Assembly: GCA_022711495.1 (NCBI GenBank)
Contig: JAKLEX010000001.1
Coordinates: 23,058-87,057 of the forward strand
Direction of reading: 5' to 3'
Length of the DNA: 64,000 nucleotides
Source: Patescibacteria group bacterium
GTDB lineage: Bacteria > Patescibacteriota > Minisyncoccia > Phycocordibacterales > JAACPR01
The position numbers were made by a program, and so were the translations under genes. The notes beneath the pieces are model-generated. The model saw only the letters and a list, made by a program, of their open reading frames with translations. It ran no database searches and was not told where the DNA came from. Shown in pieces: positions 34,987 through 45,235 of the stretch (positions are counted from its first letter, which is position 1; every line of letters begins with the position of its first letter).

Positions 34987-36261
34987 TTAACGTAAGTTGG
35001 GCTCTACTTTAATAAACCGACGTTTGCCAATTCTGTAAGTCTCACTTTTCTCTACTTTGTAATCAAAATCCGAGATTTTACTGTCGTCTTCCATGCGGCT
35101 GATTCCACCTTGCTCAATCAATCTGCGCCACTCGCTTTTTGATGAAATAATTTTGTTTGCTAACAGGATCTCGGCCAACAGGGTCCCGGATTTTACAGGA
35201 ACAACCGATATGTCTTCGGGAATTTCTTTCTTTGAAAAAGTTTTATCAAATTTTTCTGCCGCCATTATGGCTTTATCTTTGCCGTGGTAGATGCTGACAA
35301 TTTCCACTGCCAATTGTTTTTTAGCGCCCATCGGATTGATAGAACCAGAATTGAGACGACCCTCAATTTCAGAAATCGTCGACATCGGCACGCCGGTTAC
35401 GCCGGTAAACAATGGCACGATCACGTTATCCGGCAAGGTCATAATTCCACCAAACATATCGTCCGGGCCGTCTTTTAGAGAAACATAGCTACCCTCGCTT
35501 TTACTCATCAATTTTTTACCAGTCTTCGTGTCTTCCAATAAGGTCGTGGCCATAACATACTTTTCTTTTTGTCCAAGTTTTTTCCTCAAAACCCGTCCGG
35601 CTAGCATGTTAAAAATCTGGTCGGTTCCGCCGATTTCAACATCAACATCAAGCATTTCGCTGTCATAACCCTGCATCAGAGGATACAAAAACTCATGCAA
35701 ATATATCGGCCGATTTTCTTTAAGCCGCTTCTGGAACATATCGCGTTCAATCATTTGTTGAACAGTAAGATTAGAAGCCAATTCAATAACATCTTCAAAA
35801 GAAAGCTTTGACAACCAACGACCGTTTCTTCTTATCTTGATTGGATTTGAACCGTTCAGGGTAACAATTTTTGAAATTTGTTTTTTCCAGGTTTTTAAAT
35901 TTTCCTCAACTTCTTTTTTGGACAAGCGCACCCGAGCGGCCGATTTATCCGTCGGATCGCCAATTCGCGCCGTGAAATCTCCGAACAGCAAAATCACCTC
36001 GTGGCCAAGTTTTCTGAATTTTTCTAATAAAAGAAGATTTTTAGTATGGCCAAGGTGAAGTTCGCGGCCGGTCGCGTCAATTCCGGCGTAAATACGCAAT
36101 CTCCTGCCACTCAAAAGCTCCTTTTTCAAGGCTTCTTTTGAAGGAAAAATCTGGCCAACGCCTCTGGTCAAGATTTCCTCTATCTTGCCCTCATCCGTAT
36201 CAATTTTTTGATTAAACCCAAACATTAGATAGATTTTAGCATCTAAAACCAAGCAAAACAA
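34987..36261 (-). CDS. tyrS: Tyrosyl-tRNA synthetase
   Basis: The class I HIGH-type motif is ELHLGH and the KMSKS motif is present. A C-terminal S4-like domain follows. The start may be the second Met (36225). Confidence 0.9.
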   Translation of the reverse strand: MFCLVLDAKIYLMFGFNQKIDTDEGKIEEILTRGVGQIFPSKEALKKELLSGRRLRIYAGIDATGRELHLGHTKNLLLLEKFRKLGHEVILLFGDFTARIGDPTDKSAARVRLSKKEVEENLKTWKKQISKIVTLNGSNPIKIRRNGRWLSKLSFEDVIELASNLTVQQMIERDMFQKRLKENRPIYLHEFLYPLMQGYDSEMLDVDVEIGGTDQIFNMLAGRVLRKKLGQKEKYVMATTLLEDTKTGKKLMSKSEGSYVSLKDGPDDMFGGIMTLPDNVIVPLFTGVTGVPMSTISEIEGRLNSGSINPMGAKKQLAVEIVSIYHGKDKAIMAAEKFDKTFSKKEIPEDISVVPVKSGTLLAEILLANKIISSKSEWRRLIEQGGISRMEDDSKISDFDYKVEKSETYRIGKRRFIKVEPNLR

Positions 36262-36324
36262 AGAAGCTTTGACGTTTGGGATATTTTCTAATAATCTTAC
36301 TAAATTGAGGATATAATGGTGTAA

Positions 36325-38772
36325 GTGCTAAAAACAAGACAAGTGGCTCGTAACTCAAAAATAAAAAACCTGGTCAAACTCGCAGCCGTCGGTTTTCTGG
36401 TGGCGGCAGGAATAATCTTTATCTGGATTTCCACCTTGGACCTGCCAAACCTAGCCAACTTCGAAGAAAGAAAAGTCGCTCAATCAACCAAAATTTTGGA
36501 CAGAACCGGCGAAATTGTTCTTTATGACATTCACGGAGACATAAAAAGAACCATCATACCTTTGGGTGAAATATCTTCCTATCTACAAAAAGCCACTATC
36601 GCCATAGAAGACAAAGATTTTTACGAACATTCTGGAATTCAAATTTCAGCAATCATTCGGGCAGTTTTCAGCAACCTTTCTCAAGGAGATTTGTTAAGCG
36701 GCCAAGGCGGTTCAACCATAACGCAACAAGTAATAAAAAACGCGCTTCTGACGACGGACAAAAAGATCTCTCGAAAAATCAAGGAGTGGGTTCTGGCGCC
36801 GAGGTTAGAAAAGATTCTGACTAAAGATCAGATTTTGGAAATATATTTAAACGAAATACCTTATGGCGGCAACGTTTACGGCGCGGAAGAAGCTTCGTTA
36901 AAATTTTTTGGCAAGCAAGCTAAAGACTTGAGTCTGGTGGAATCGGCCTACCTGGCAGCGTTGCCCCAAGCTCCAACTTATTTCTCGCCATACGGAACTC
37001 ACACTGACGCTCTGGAGGCGCGAAAAAATTATGTCCTGGAACAGATGCGCAACCAAGGTTACATAAATCAAACCGAACTTGAGACCGCTCAATCAGCAAA
37101 AGTTGAATTTGAAAAACAAGAGGAATTCGGCATCAAAGCTCCGCACTTCGTCATGTACGTCAGAGAATTGTTGGAAGAAAAATTCGGCAAAGACGTCATA
37201 GAAGAAGGCGGCCTAAGGGTCGTCACGACGCTTGATTGGGATCTTCAGAAGAAAGCTGAAGAAATAGTAAAGAAATATTCACTGGAAAACGCCGAGAAAT
37301 ATTCGGCCGAAAACGGCGCCATGGTCGCGACTGATCCAAGCACCGGAGAAATTTTGGTCATGGTCGGTTCAAGAGATTATTTTGACGAAGAGATTGACGG
37401 TAACTTTAATATCGCCACCGCCAAGAGGCAGCCAGGATCTGCTTTTAAGCCAATAGTTTACGCCGAGGCCTTCACCAAGGGATACCGTCCGGAAACGGTC
37501 GTTTTTGACGTTTCAACTGAATTCTCAACGGCCTGCAAAAACGGTGGCAGTTGTTATCGTCCCTCAGACTATGACGGAAAATTCCGTGGTCCGATTTCTT
37601 TGAGAAATGCTTTAGCTCAATCTCTAAATATTCCGGCGGTGAAAGTCTTGTACTTGGCCGGGCTGCGCGACTCTTTAAATCTGGCGAAAAAAATGGGCAT
37701 TCAGACCTTAACAAACGTAGATCAATATGGATTAACCTTGGTTTTGGGAGGTGGAGAAGTCCGATTGATTGATATAACAAGCGCTTATGAAGTTTTCGCC
37801 AATGAAGGAAATAAATACGAACAAGAGGCCGTTCTAAGAGTGGAAGATAAGAACGGCAATGTCCTCTTTGAAAATAAAAACAATGAGCCAGAAAGAGTCC
37901 TGTCGGAAAATGTCGCCAGAATGATAAGCGATATTCTTTCGGATAACGCCGCGCGAGCTCCGATATTCGGCTCGAACTCGCCTCTCAACGTCCCAGGTGT
38001 AGCGGTCAAAACTGGAACGACCGACGATTATCGCGACGCTTGGATCATTGGCTACACGCCAAACATTTCCGTCGGCGCCTGGGTGGGAAACAACGACAAT
38101 TCGCCGATTGATAAAAGAGTCGCCGGTTTTATCGTCGGTCCGATGTGGAACGAATACATGCAATTTATCTTGCAAGAGAGAAGCAACGCCCAATTTAATA
38201 AACCAGAAAAACAGTCGCTTGACGTGAAGCCGATCATAAATGGATTTTGGAAAGGTGAAAAGACAAAAGTTTTGACCGACGACAACGGCAATGAACAAGT
38301 TGTGGTAACCGGCAAAGGTGACGGCATTCACAGCATCTTATACTGGGTTGATAAAAGCAATCCGTTGGGTCCGGCGCCATCAAATCCTTATGATGACCCT
38401 CAATATGAAGAATGGGAAAAAGCAGTCAGAAGTTGGGTGAGAGAAAATAACATCAGCGATAATGTCAAAGTATCTGATCCGCAAAAAATTACTACTCCAA
38501 AATTAGAAATCACCAATCTGACCAATAACGCCTCATATTTGACGAATCATCCGCTTGTCATCATTGTCGCCATGTCCGATGGCCGTCTATTACGCAGTGG
38601 CGAAGTCTTTTTAAATGATCAGAAAATTGGCGACATCAATGTGGAAACAATGTCGTTCATGTTCATTCCAGAAGAGAATTCTTTCATTAAAGACAGAAAC
38701 GAACTTAGAGTTGAAGCTCTCGACGAAGTCGGAAATGCCTTCAAAGCGGAAGTAGACTTCCGTATCAACTGA
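36325..38772 (+). CDS. Class A penicillin-binding protein (PBP1A: transglycosylase plus transpeptidase)
   Basis: The GT51 motifs are EDKDFYEHSGI and GGSTITQQVIKN. The transpeptidase SxxK region is present (QPGSAFKP), along with SxN and KTG(T) (VKTGTTDD). An N-terminal TM anchor is present. Confidence 0.9.
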   Translation: MLKTRQVARNSKIKNLVKLAAVGFLVAAGIIFIWISTLDLPNLANFEERKVAQSTKILDRTGEIVLYDIHGDIKRTIIPLGEISSYLQKATIAIEDKDFYEHSGIQISAIIRAVFSNLSQGDLLSGQGGSTITQQVIKNALLTTDKKISRKIKEWVLAPRLEKILTKDQILEIYLNEIPYGGNVYGAEEASLKFFGKQAKDLSLVESAYLAALPQAPTYFSPYGTHTDALEARKNYVLEQMRNQGYINQTELETAQSAKVEFEKQEEFGIKAPHFVMYVRELLEEKFGKDVIEEGGLRVVTTLDWDLQKKAEEIVKKYSLENAEKYSAENGAMVATDPSTGEILVMVGSRDYFDEEIDGNFNIATAKRQPGSAFKPIVYAEAFTKGYRPETVVFDVSTEFSTACKNGGSCYRPSDYDGKFRGPISLRNALAQSLNIPAVKVLYLAGLRDSLNLAKKMGIQTLTNVDQYGLTLVLGGGEVRLIDITSAYEVFANEGNKYEQEAVLRVEDKNGNVLFENKNNEPERVLSENVARMISDILSDNAARAPIFGSNSPLNVPGVAVKTGTTDDYRDAWIIGYTPNISVGAWVGNNDNSPIDKRVAGFIVGPMWNEYMQFILQERSNAQFNKPEKQSLDVKPIINGFWKGEKTKVLTDDNGNEQVVVTGKGDGIHSILYWVDKSNPLGPAPSNPYDDPQYEEWEKAVRSWVRENNISDNVKVSDPQKITTPKLEITNLTNNASYLTNHPLVIIVAMSDGRLLRSGEVFLNDQKIGDINVETMSFMFIPEENSFIKDRNELRVEALDEVGNAFKAEVDFRIN

Positions 38773-38803
38773 TTCGGCTAGCTAACCTGGCTAGCTGATT
38801 CGG

Positions 38804-39055
38804 CTAACTAATTCGCCGATCAATTTGCAGTCTGTCTCGCACAAGATTTTCAATTTTTGACTTATTAATAAAAATTTCGGTCTTCTCCACTCCAACCTTG
38901 TTTATTCTAACCTGTCTGTTAGTAACATCTATTTCTTTCGGTGAAAGTTCAATGCCGGTGGCGTCTTTAACACATTCCACGACGACTCTCTTGATATTAT
39001 TTTCCTTCAGACCGAGATTTTCAAACTTTTTTAAGTAGAACGATATTGATTCCAT
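38804..39055 (-). CDS. Small dnaN-associated protein (DUF721-like?)
   Basis: This 83-aa ORF lies immediately downstream of dnaN, which is the usual position of DUF721/YaaA-type small proteins. The family assignment is tentative. Confidence 0.35.
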   Translation of the reverse strand: MESISFYLKKFENLGLKENNIKRVVVECVKDATGIELSPKEIDVTNRQVRINKVGVEKTEIFINKSKIENLVRDRLQIDRRIS

Positions 39056-39070
39056 AAAGCCATAAGAAAA

Positions 39071-40174
39071 TTAGCGGTTCATCGGCATAACCAAGTACAA
39101 AAAGCTCTTGTCACTAGTTCCCTGAATAATCATCGGCTTTTCCGCGCCACTGAATTTCAGAGTCAGACCGTCTGATTTTATTGAATTAAAACAATCATTG
39201 ATATATCTGCTGTTAAAACTCAATTTCAGGCTGTCTCCGTTAATCTGGCACTTAATATTATTTTTGGTTTCACCAACTTCACTAGAATTTGATTCTATCT
39301 GAAATATCTCGTCTTTCGGAGAAATAGTGAAAGTAACCTGATTGAATTTATCGGCAAAAACACTAGAAACTTTCAAACACTGTTGCAAATCGTCTTTCAA
39401 GACATGAACTTCCGTTTTCACTTCCTTGGGAATAATCTGGCGGTAGTCCGGAAAAACACCGTCTATAACGCGTGAAATTATGGTCATTTCGTGCGTTTCC
39501 ACGATAATCTTGTCTTGCTCAAAACAAACCTCTATTTCTTCGTCCAAGTCCTCAAGAAGACGAACCATTTCCACGGTATTCTTATAAGGAATTAGGATGT
39601 TCTCAAAAGTATCAACATTTTTGACTAAAATTCGGCTTTCGGCCAATCTAAACGAGTCAGTGCCAACGAAAACCAAATCCCCATCGTCATGATAGACATA
39701 AACGCTGGACAATTCCGGCTTAATACTTGAAGTGGCGGTGCTGTACCAGACCGAATTTAAGCCTTTAACCAAATCCGAGGAGCTAATTTTGAATAATTTG
39801 TCGGATTTCTTATCGGAAATAACTGGAAAATCATCAACTGATTGGGTGTTTATAATCGTGTCGGTAGATTCGCTAGTCACATGTAGCTTGGAATTGTTGG
39901 CTTCCAGTTTGATGACTGAATCTCGCTTAGGCAAATTTGTCAGAAAAGAATTTAAAATAGCCGCCGGGACTAAAACTTTGCCAGTTCCACTGCCTTTCAC
40001 CTTAGAGACGATTTTCAGACTAATATCCAGATTGGTTGAATTGATTGTCAGATCCGTGCCGTCAAAATCAAACATCAAACAAGACAAAGCCGGCAAGGTT
40101 GAACCTTTGGTGGCAATTTTTTCGGCTTTACTGACGATCCTTGTTAGTCTTTCTTTATTAATCTCTATTTTCAT
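39071..40174 (-). CDS. dnaN: DNA polymerase III beta sliding clamp
   Basis: 367 aa with a three-domain beta-clamp pattern. It follows dnaA. Confidence 0.9.
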   Translation of the reverse strand: MKIEINKERLTRIVSKAEKIATKGSTLPALSCLMFDFDGTDLTINSTNLDISLKIVSKVKGSGTGKVLVPAAILNSFLTNLPKRDSVIKLEANNSKLHVTSESTDTIINTQSVDDFPVISDKKSDKLFKISSSDLVKGLNSVWYSTATSSIKPELSSVYVYHDDGDLVFVGTDSFRLAESRILVKNVDTFENILIPYKNTVEMVRLLEDLDEEIEVCFEQDKIIVETHEMTIISRVIDGVFPDYRQIIPKEVKTEVHVLKDDLQQCLKVSSVFADKFNQVTFTISPKDEIFQIESNSSEVGETKNNIKCQINGDSLKLSFNSRYINDCFNSIKSDGLTLKFSGAEKPMIIQGTSDKSFLYLVMPMNR

Positions 40175-40199
40175 TTTATATAAAATTATTTTTTATTAT

Positions 40200-40345
40200 T
40201 AATCCTGTGGATTTGTGTATAAGTCCGGCAGAGCTTTAAATATCTCGGTTAAATTGAAATCTTTTTTCAGACAAACTGTGAAATAAAAATGGATAACGCA
40301 TTTTTATGTGAATAACTTTTTGTCTTGTTAATTCTTATCCACATT
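40200..40345. promoter_or_regulatory. Predicted oriC: a cluster of DnaA-box motifs in the AT-rich dnaA-dnaN spacer
   Basis: A perfect TTATCCACA lies at 40335-40343. Near-matches are TGTGAATAA (40307-40315), TGTGTATAA (40215-40223), TGTGGATTT (40207-40215) and TGGATAACG (40291-40299). The flanks are AT-rich. Confidence 0.6.
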
Positions 40346-40411
40346 TTCCTGAAACTTTTCAGAAGCTTTTTAACAAAGAACGCAAACCTTTCCCACAGCT
40401 TTTCCGCAAAT

Positions 40412-41761
40412 TTATAACATCGACCGGATTTGCGTTAGCTGCTGTGAGAGAGAGTTGTCGGTTTTAAGATCCCCTTTAATCTTTTCGCAAGAATGAATGA
40501 CCGTGGTGTGATCTCGGCCGCCCAATTTTTCACCAATGGTCGGATATGAAATGCTAAAGTCTTCTCGCAAGATATACATTACTATCTGACGAGGTCTAAC
40601 GACTTCTTTTCGTCGAGTTTTATCGCAGATGCTCTTTTCTTCTATATTGAAGAAGTCGGAGACGATCTTTATCAATTCGTTAACCGAGACCATTTTCTTT
40701 GGTTTGGCGCTATTTTTGATTAAATCCTTAATCTCATTGAAAGACAGGGCCTTTCCTTTCAGTTGAGTCTGACAAATGATTGAATTTACCGCCCCTTCAA
40801 GCTCTCTAATGCTTCCCTCAACGGCTTTGGCAATGTAGTCAAAGGTTTCCTTATCCAAGCGAATATTGTTCTTTTCAGCCTTAGATTTGAGGATGGCGAC
40901 CCGGGATTCATGGTCGGGAGCGGTAATGTCAACCATCATACCCTGATTAAAGCGGGATTTTAGCCTCTCTTCCAGGCCAGGGATAAAATTTGGGTGTTTA
41001 TCCGAAGAAAAGATGATTTGTTTATTGTTGTCATACAGAGTGTTGAACAAGTGGAACAGTTCTTCTTGCGTTTTTTCCTTGCCGGACAAAAACTGAATGT
41101 CGTCCATGATCAAGACATCATATTTTCTGTATTTGTCCTTGAAAAGGTTTACTTTGTTTGTTTGGACGGCGCCGATGTATTCAATAGCGAATTTTTCCGA
41201 GGTCAGATAGTAAATTCGTTTGTCGGGGTTTTGCGTTTTTATGGTATTCCCTACCGCTTGAAGCAAGTGAGTCTTTCCGTTTCCGGTGTTTCCATAAATG
41301 AACAACGGGTTGTAAACAATTCCCGGTTGTTTGATGACAGCTTGCGAAGCGGCGTGAGCTAACTCATTGAACGGACCGATGATAAAATTTTCAAAGGTAT
41401 ATCGCGGATTTAAATTATCTTCTTTGTTGATGTAAAAATCGGCCAAAGGAAGTTCATTGACTTGCGTTTTTGGTTTGACGATGACATTTTTCTTTACTTT
41501 GTCGGTCTTAGAAACGATAAACTCAAGAGATCGGACCTCGTCGGAGATATCCCGCAGAGTTTTTAGGATGTCTTTGTGAAATTTGCTGTTCAACCAGTCC
41601 TTTACGAAGCTGTTGGGTACGCCGATATGGACAACGCCGTCGTCAATTTTAGTAATAAACGTATCTTTAAACCAAGTATTGAAATTCGCTTTAGAAACCT
41701 GATTTTCTAAAATATTCAGAGCGTCTTCCCAGATGTTTTTGTGTTCAAAGATTCCCGACAT
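40412..41761 (-). CDS. dnaA: Chromosomal replication initiator protein DnaA
   Basis: The AAA+ Walker A is GNTGNGKTHLLQAVGN. The DnaA signature includes the basic loop GRDHTTVIHSCEKI in domain IV. Confidence 0.95.
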   Translation of the reverse strand: MSGIFEHKNIWEDALNILENQVSKANFNTWFKDTFITKIDDGVVHIGVPNSFVKDWLNSKFHKDILKTLRDISDEVRSLEFIVSKTDKVKKNVIVKPKTQVNELPLADFYINKEDNLNPRYTFENFIIGPFNELAHAASQAVIKQPGIVYNPLFIYGNTGNGKTHLLQAVGNTIKTQNPDKRIYYLTSEKFAIEYIGAVQTNKVNLFKDKYRKYDVLIMDDIQFLSGKEKTQEELFHLFNTLYDNNKQIIFSSDKHPNFIPGLEERLKSRFNQGMMVDITAPDHESRVAILKSKAEKNNIRLDKETFDYIAKAVEGSIRELEGAVNSIICQTQLKGKALSFNEIKDLIKNSAKPKKMVSVNELIKIVSDFFNIEEKSICDKTRRKEVVRPRQIVMYILREDFSISYPTIGEKLGGRDHTTVIHSCEKIKGDLKTDNSLSQQLTQIRSML

Positions 41762-41870
41762 TGCTTAGATTTAAAATGTTGCTCCATTATATACCCGAAA
41801 GCAAGATGGGGAACTTGCTCAAAATAATTAATTATGTTAAAAACATGTTAATAACCTGTTAATTATTTTT

Positions 41871-42005
41871 ATGTCAATTACATATCAACCGAAGAAAAGA
41901 AAGCGATCAAAGACCCATGGCTTTTTAGTGCGTAGCCGCTCTAAAGGTGGCCGAAGAGTTCTCAAAAGCCGAAGACAAAAGGGCCGAAAAAGAATCTCAG
42001 TTTAA
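41871..42005 (+). CDS. rpmH: 50S ribosomal protein L34
   Basis: [44 protein letters not shown] is canonical L34 at 44 aa. It is not in the ORF track because it is below the length cutoff. Confidence 0.9.
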   Translation: MSITYQPKKRKRSKTHGFLVRSRSKGGRRVLKSRRQKGRKRISV

Positions 42006-42322
42006 TGCTTCTCTCAAAAAATAGAATATCCGCCGGAGACCTTCAGGAAATATTTAAGAGTGTCAGCAACTCTGTCAGTTCCAAATTCTTTTATCTCAAA
42101 AAAAGATTGAACAATTTGAATTATTCCAGATTTGCGGTGATCATCCCCCAGAAGATTTCTAAGTTGTCAGTGGCCCGGCACCGAAACAAGAGAAAAGTTA
42201 TGAACCTACTCAAAAAAATCGGCACTACTGGTAATTATGATTACGTTTTAACTTTGAAAAAGAGGGTCGACGATGTCGTGACCGGAGAATTGGAGGCCGA
42301 CTTGGTTAAAATTTTAATTTAG
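42005..42322 (+). CDS. rnpA: Ribonuclease P protein component
   Basis: It has a 4-nt ATGA overlap with rpmH. It is basic, at 105 aa. The central RNR-like region is ARHRNKRK. This is the classic rpmH-rnpA-yidC context. Confidence 0.8.
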   Translation: MLLSKNRISAGDLQEIFKSVSNSVSSKFFYLKKRLNNLNYSRFAVIIPQKISKLSVARHRNKRKVMNLLKKIGTTGNYDYVLTLKKRVDDVVTGELEADLVKILI

Positions 42323-42339
42323 GATATCATTTCATTAAT

Positions 42340-43101
42340 ATGAAAGCGTTGTTTGTTAGTCTTGTTGTTCGACCATTTTATAATGCTTTGATTTTGTTAA
42401 TGGATTTTGTCACCAGCGATATCGGCATTGCGTTGGTAATTTTAACTTTAGTTTTTCGTTTTATTCTCTTCCCTCTTTATCGAAGTCAGATTCGCACGCA
42501 AATAAAAATGGGACAGGTTCAAGAACCGCTCAAAAAAATTCAAGAGAAGTATAAAGACGATCGCGAAACAATGGGGCGGGAGATGTTGAAACTCTATCGG
42601 CAAAACAAAATTAATCCATTTTCTGGAATTCTGATAATGATTATTCAGTTGCCATTGCTTATCGGTTTTTATTATGTTTTTTCCAGATCAGGTCTGCCGA
42701 ATATAAATGAAAATCTTTTATACTCATTCGTTTCGTGGCCGGAAAACATTAACACCATGTTTCTTGGTTTAATTGATATGACCGGTAAAAGTCTGCCGTT
42801 GGCGATTATCGTCGGCATAACGCACTTTTTCCAAATGCGCCTAATGCTACCGAAGAAAAAGGAGGCTCAAGAGGGCGATAAACCCGGGGGTTCTAAAGAA
42901 AATATGATGAGGAGCATGCAGACGCAGATGAGCTATTTTATGCCTGGAATGATGGCGGTGATGGCCTATACGCTTGGTTCAATGGTGGGCTTGTATTTCT
43001 TTGTCGGTGGACTTATTTCCATCGGACAGGAATTTTATATAAGAGAAAACATCCGCAAACCGGAAGAAGAAAGATTGAAAAAAGAGAAAAACGGCAACTA
43101 A
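42340..43101 (+). CDS. yidC: Membrane protein insertase YidC (short Oxa1-like form)
   Basis: 253 aa with 5 TM helices. The conserved YidC core is present (IALVILTLVFRFILFPL; NPFSGILIMIIQLPLLIGFYYVF) and there is a basic C-terminal tail. Confidence 0.85.
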   Translation: MKALFVSLVVRPFYNALILLMDFVTSDIGIALVILTLVFRFILFPLYRSQIRTQIKMGQVQEPLKKIQEKYKDDRETMGREMLKLYRQNKINPFSGILIMIIQLPLLIGFYYVFSRSGLPNINENLLYSFVSWPENINTMFLGLIDMTGKSLPLAIIVGITHFFQMRLMLPKKKEAQEGDKPGGSKENMMRSMQTQMSYFMPGMMAVMAYTLGSMVGLYFFVGGLISIGQEFYIRENIRKPEEERLKKEKNGN

Positions 43102-43102
43102 A

Positions 43103-44392
43103 CTATTCCGTGATTTCAGCGTTCGGTCGGATGTCTAAACTCCAAAGTGACAAATCTTTTTTATTTTGAAAGACCAAATATTCCTCCTGTTCGTTTAGGG
43201 AAATGTTTGAGATGTCAAAAATTAATGGAAAGCCGGTGAACATCGTGGCGGTGTCTTCTTTCAGATTGATTTCAAAAATACTGTCGTTAAACGAGACGGC
43301 ACCCAAATACCAATCGTCCGGATAATCCGCCGAAGCTAAATTCGTCGGAACGGCGCAATAAACAATGTCAGTATTTTTTTTGCCCCAAACACATTTGTCG
43401 GCCAAAGTGCGAACGGTGAGTGGCTTATCCTCGTTAGTGCTTAGATCATAAATGCCGGTGGAAATCGTATCGCCGTTATATTCCGAATATAAAATTTTTG
43501 TTAAGTCCGGGCTAGTTTTGGTTGCCAATCCGTATTTGTCATCAAGAAGTTTTGAGAGGTTTCCGTTTGTTGGATTCATGGCAAAAGCGAATCCTTCTGA
43601 AAGCCACGAAGGTTTTGTCGTCAAAATAATTGTGTTGTTAATCCACTCCGCCAACCATTCGGTTATAGGATATTCAAAAACTAAGGTTTGAGCTTGCGGA
43701 GCCGCGCCATCAAAAGTGTAACCGCGGTTATCTTTTATGAAGAAGAAGGAATCTTTGGTTGGAGATTTGATCAAAGTCGAGACGTTTTTTGGTAGAAATG
43801 ACCCATTCAAAGCTGAATAAATGCTTTCGTCTTCGGCAATGTTAGGATCGGCTGGGGCGTCTTCAATCTTGCCGACGAAGGTCTCAATATCATTATTATC
43901 GTCCAGATATCTCAATATCACGCCGTCTCCGGAGTTAAAGAACATTGCTTCTTGGACTTTAGGTATGGTCGTGTTTGTAACTCGACTGACAGTTAGGCGA
44001 TTCTCGGTGGTTTCATAGACATTTCCAGAGGCCCTATGAACGAAGCGATAAACCGTTTCAGTTTGATTCCTTTGAGACTCGGGAATTGTCGTGTCGTTCG
44101 GATTTATTTTTCTCTCAAAAGTCGTGAAGCCGGAAACTAATGTTGGAGTGATTTGTCGCAATTTTGGAATCTGACCGATATTTTCCAATTCCGTCGAGGT
44201 TGTTTCTTCGGCGGCAGTGGTGTCGGCGCTTGTGCCGGATGTTGGGAAAGAGAATTCGGCGTCTGTTCCGCCCGAAGTTTCACCGCCGGTTGTGCCAGCC
44301 TCTTGTCCGGAGAAGATAATAAGATAGCCGACCGATAGTCCGGCCAAGACGACTACTGTTGCTAATATTATTATGGCTGTTTTGCGTGTCAT
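43103..44392 (-). CDS. Membrane-anchored hypothetical protein, last gene of the T4SS-like module
   Basis: It has an N-terminal TM helix and a Gly/Thr-rich linker. A ~350-aa beta-rich ectodomain follows. No motifs I recognise. Confidence 0.4.
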   Translation of the reverse strand: MTRKTAIIILATVVVLAGLSVGYLIIFSGQEAGTTGGETSGGTDAEFSFPTSGTSADTTAAEETTSTELENIGQIPKLRQITPTLVSGFTTFERKINPNDTTIPESQRNQTETVYRFVHRASGNVYETTENRLTVSRVTNTTIPKVQEAMFFNSGDGVILRYLDDNNDIETFVGKIEDAPADPNIAEDESIYSALNGSFLPKNVSTLIKSPTKDSFFFIKDNRGYTFDGAAPQAQTLVFEYPITEWLAEWINNTIILTTKPSWLSEGFAFAMNPTNGNLSKLLDDKYGLATKTSPDLTKILYSEYNGDTISTGIYDLSTNEDKPLTVRTLADKCVWGKKNTDIVYCAVPTNLASADYPDDWYLGAVSFNDSIFEINLKEDTATMFTGFPLIFDISNISLNEQEEYLVFQNKKDLSLWSLDIRPNAEITE

Positions 44393-44401
44393 GGATTGTC
44401 T

Positions 44402-45235
44402 TTATGGTACGAGTCCTTCCATCTCCAAGACTCTTTGAATGTTTGGCGGAGAGGTTGGATCTGAGTTTTGATTACTGAAAAAATCAATTTGTGATTCCGT
44501 AGCTATTGGTCCACTATCGATCTGATTATTAATTTCTGCCTGTGCGGCCGGACTCAGTGTGGGGGCGGGACCACTGATACTTAACTGTTGGCCCATAAAC
44601 GAGGAGTTTATTTTTGTTTCTGTCGCGTTGCCAGGTTTTTTTAACTCAGATGAAACGTAGGCGGCATCAACTTTATTTGCTGGCTGCGTGTCCGATATAT
44701 CACCCAGACTAGGAGACACAACCCTGGGGCGATTTGCGCCGTCGCCGCTAGCGCCGGAAACGCTATTATCCGCCGTATTTTTTACCCCAATATCCAAATT
44801 CAACAGCGCCGGATTTATCTCGTGCAAAATCAGCCACGATACCAAAGCCAAAATTAGACCGGCGATTGCCGACTCTATTTTTGCCCAGCCTTCTTTTTTG
44901 TCAAAAACTGCATCAGTCGTCATATATTGTATGGCGCCGAGCAGAATAAACAGAACGGCTAAAATAATGGCGATAGCCACGGTCCAATTAAAAAGTTGCT
45001 TTAAGACTGCACTTAAAGATGTCTTTGAGGTACCAGTTCCCTGACCTTGATCAAACAATCCTTTGCCGGATATCGGAACATAGTTTGCCACGGATTGTCC
45101 GGCTTGGGCCAAGCTTTGCTCGCCGGAATTTCTTGTTGCTGTTAAGACATCCGATTGAAAAAGCACGGCGACAAAAATCACCAAGGTGAAAACTATGGCG
45201 GATCCTAATATTATTTTGTTTTGGCGGCTTATCAT
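44402..45235 (-). CDS. Membrane protein with a two-helix hairpin reminiscent of VirB2/TrbC-type pilins, plus a Ser/Pro-rich C-terminal tail
   Basis: It has an N-terminal anchor. Two closely spaced TM helices follow (WTVAIAIILAVLFILLGAIQY; IAGLILALVSWLILHEI), separated by a short loop. Confidence 0.35.
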   Translation of the reverse strand: MISRQNKIILGSAIVFTLVIFVAVLFQSDVLTATRNSGEQSLAQAGQSVANYVPISGKGLFDQGQGTGTSKTSLSAVLKQLFNWTVAIAIILAVLFILLGAIQYMTTDAVFDKKEGWAKIESAIAGLILALVSWLILHEINPALLNLDIGVKNTADNSVSGASGDGANRPRVVSPSLGDISDTQPANKVDAAYVSSELKKPGNATETKINSSFMGQQLSISGPAPTLSPAAQAEINNQIDSGPIATESQIDFFSNQNSDPTSPPNIQRVLEMEGLVP

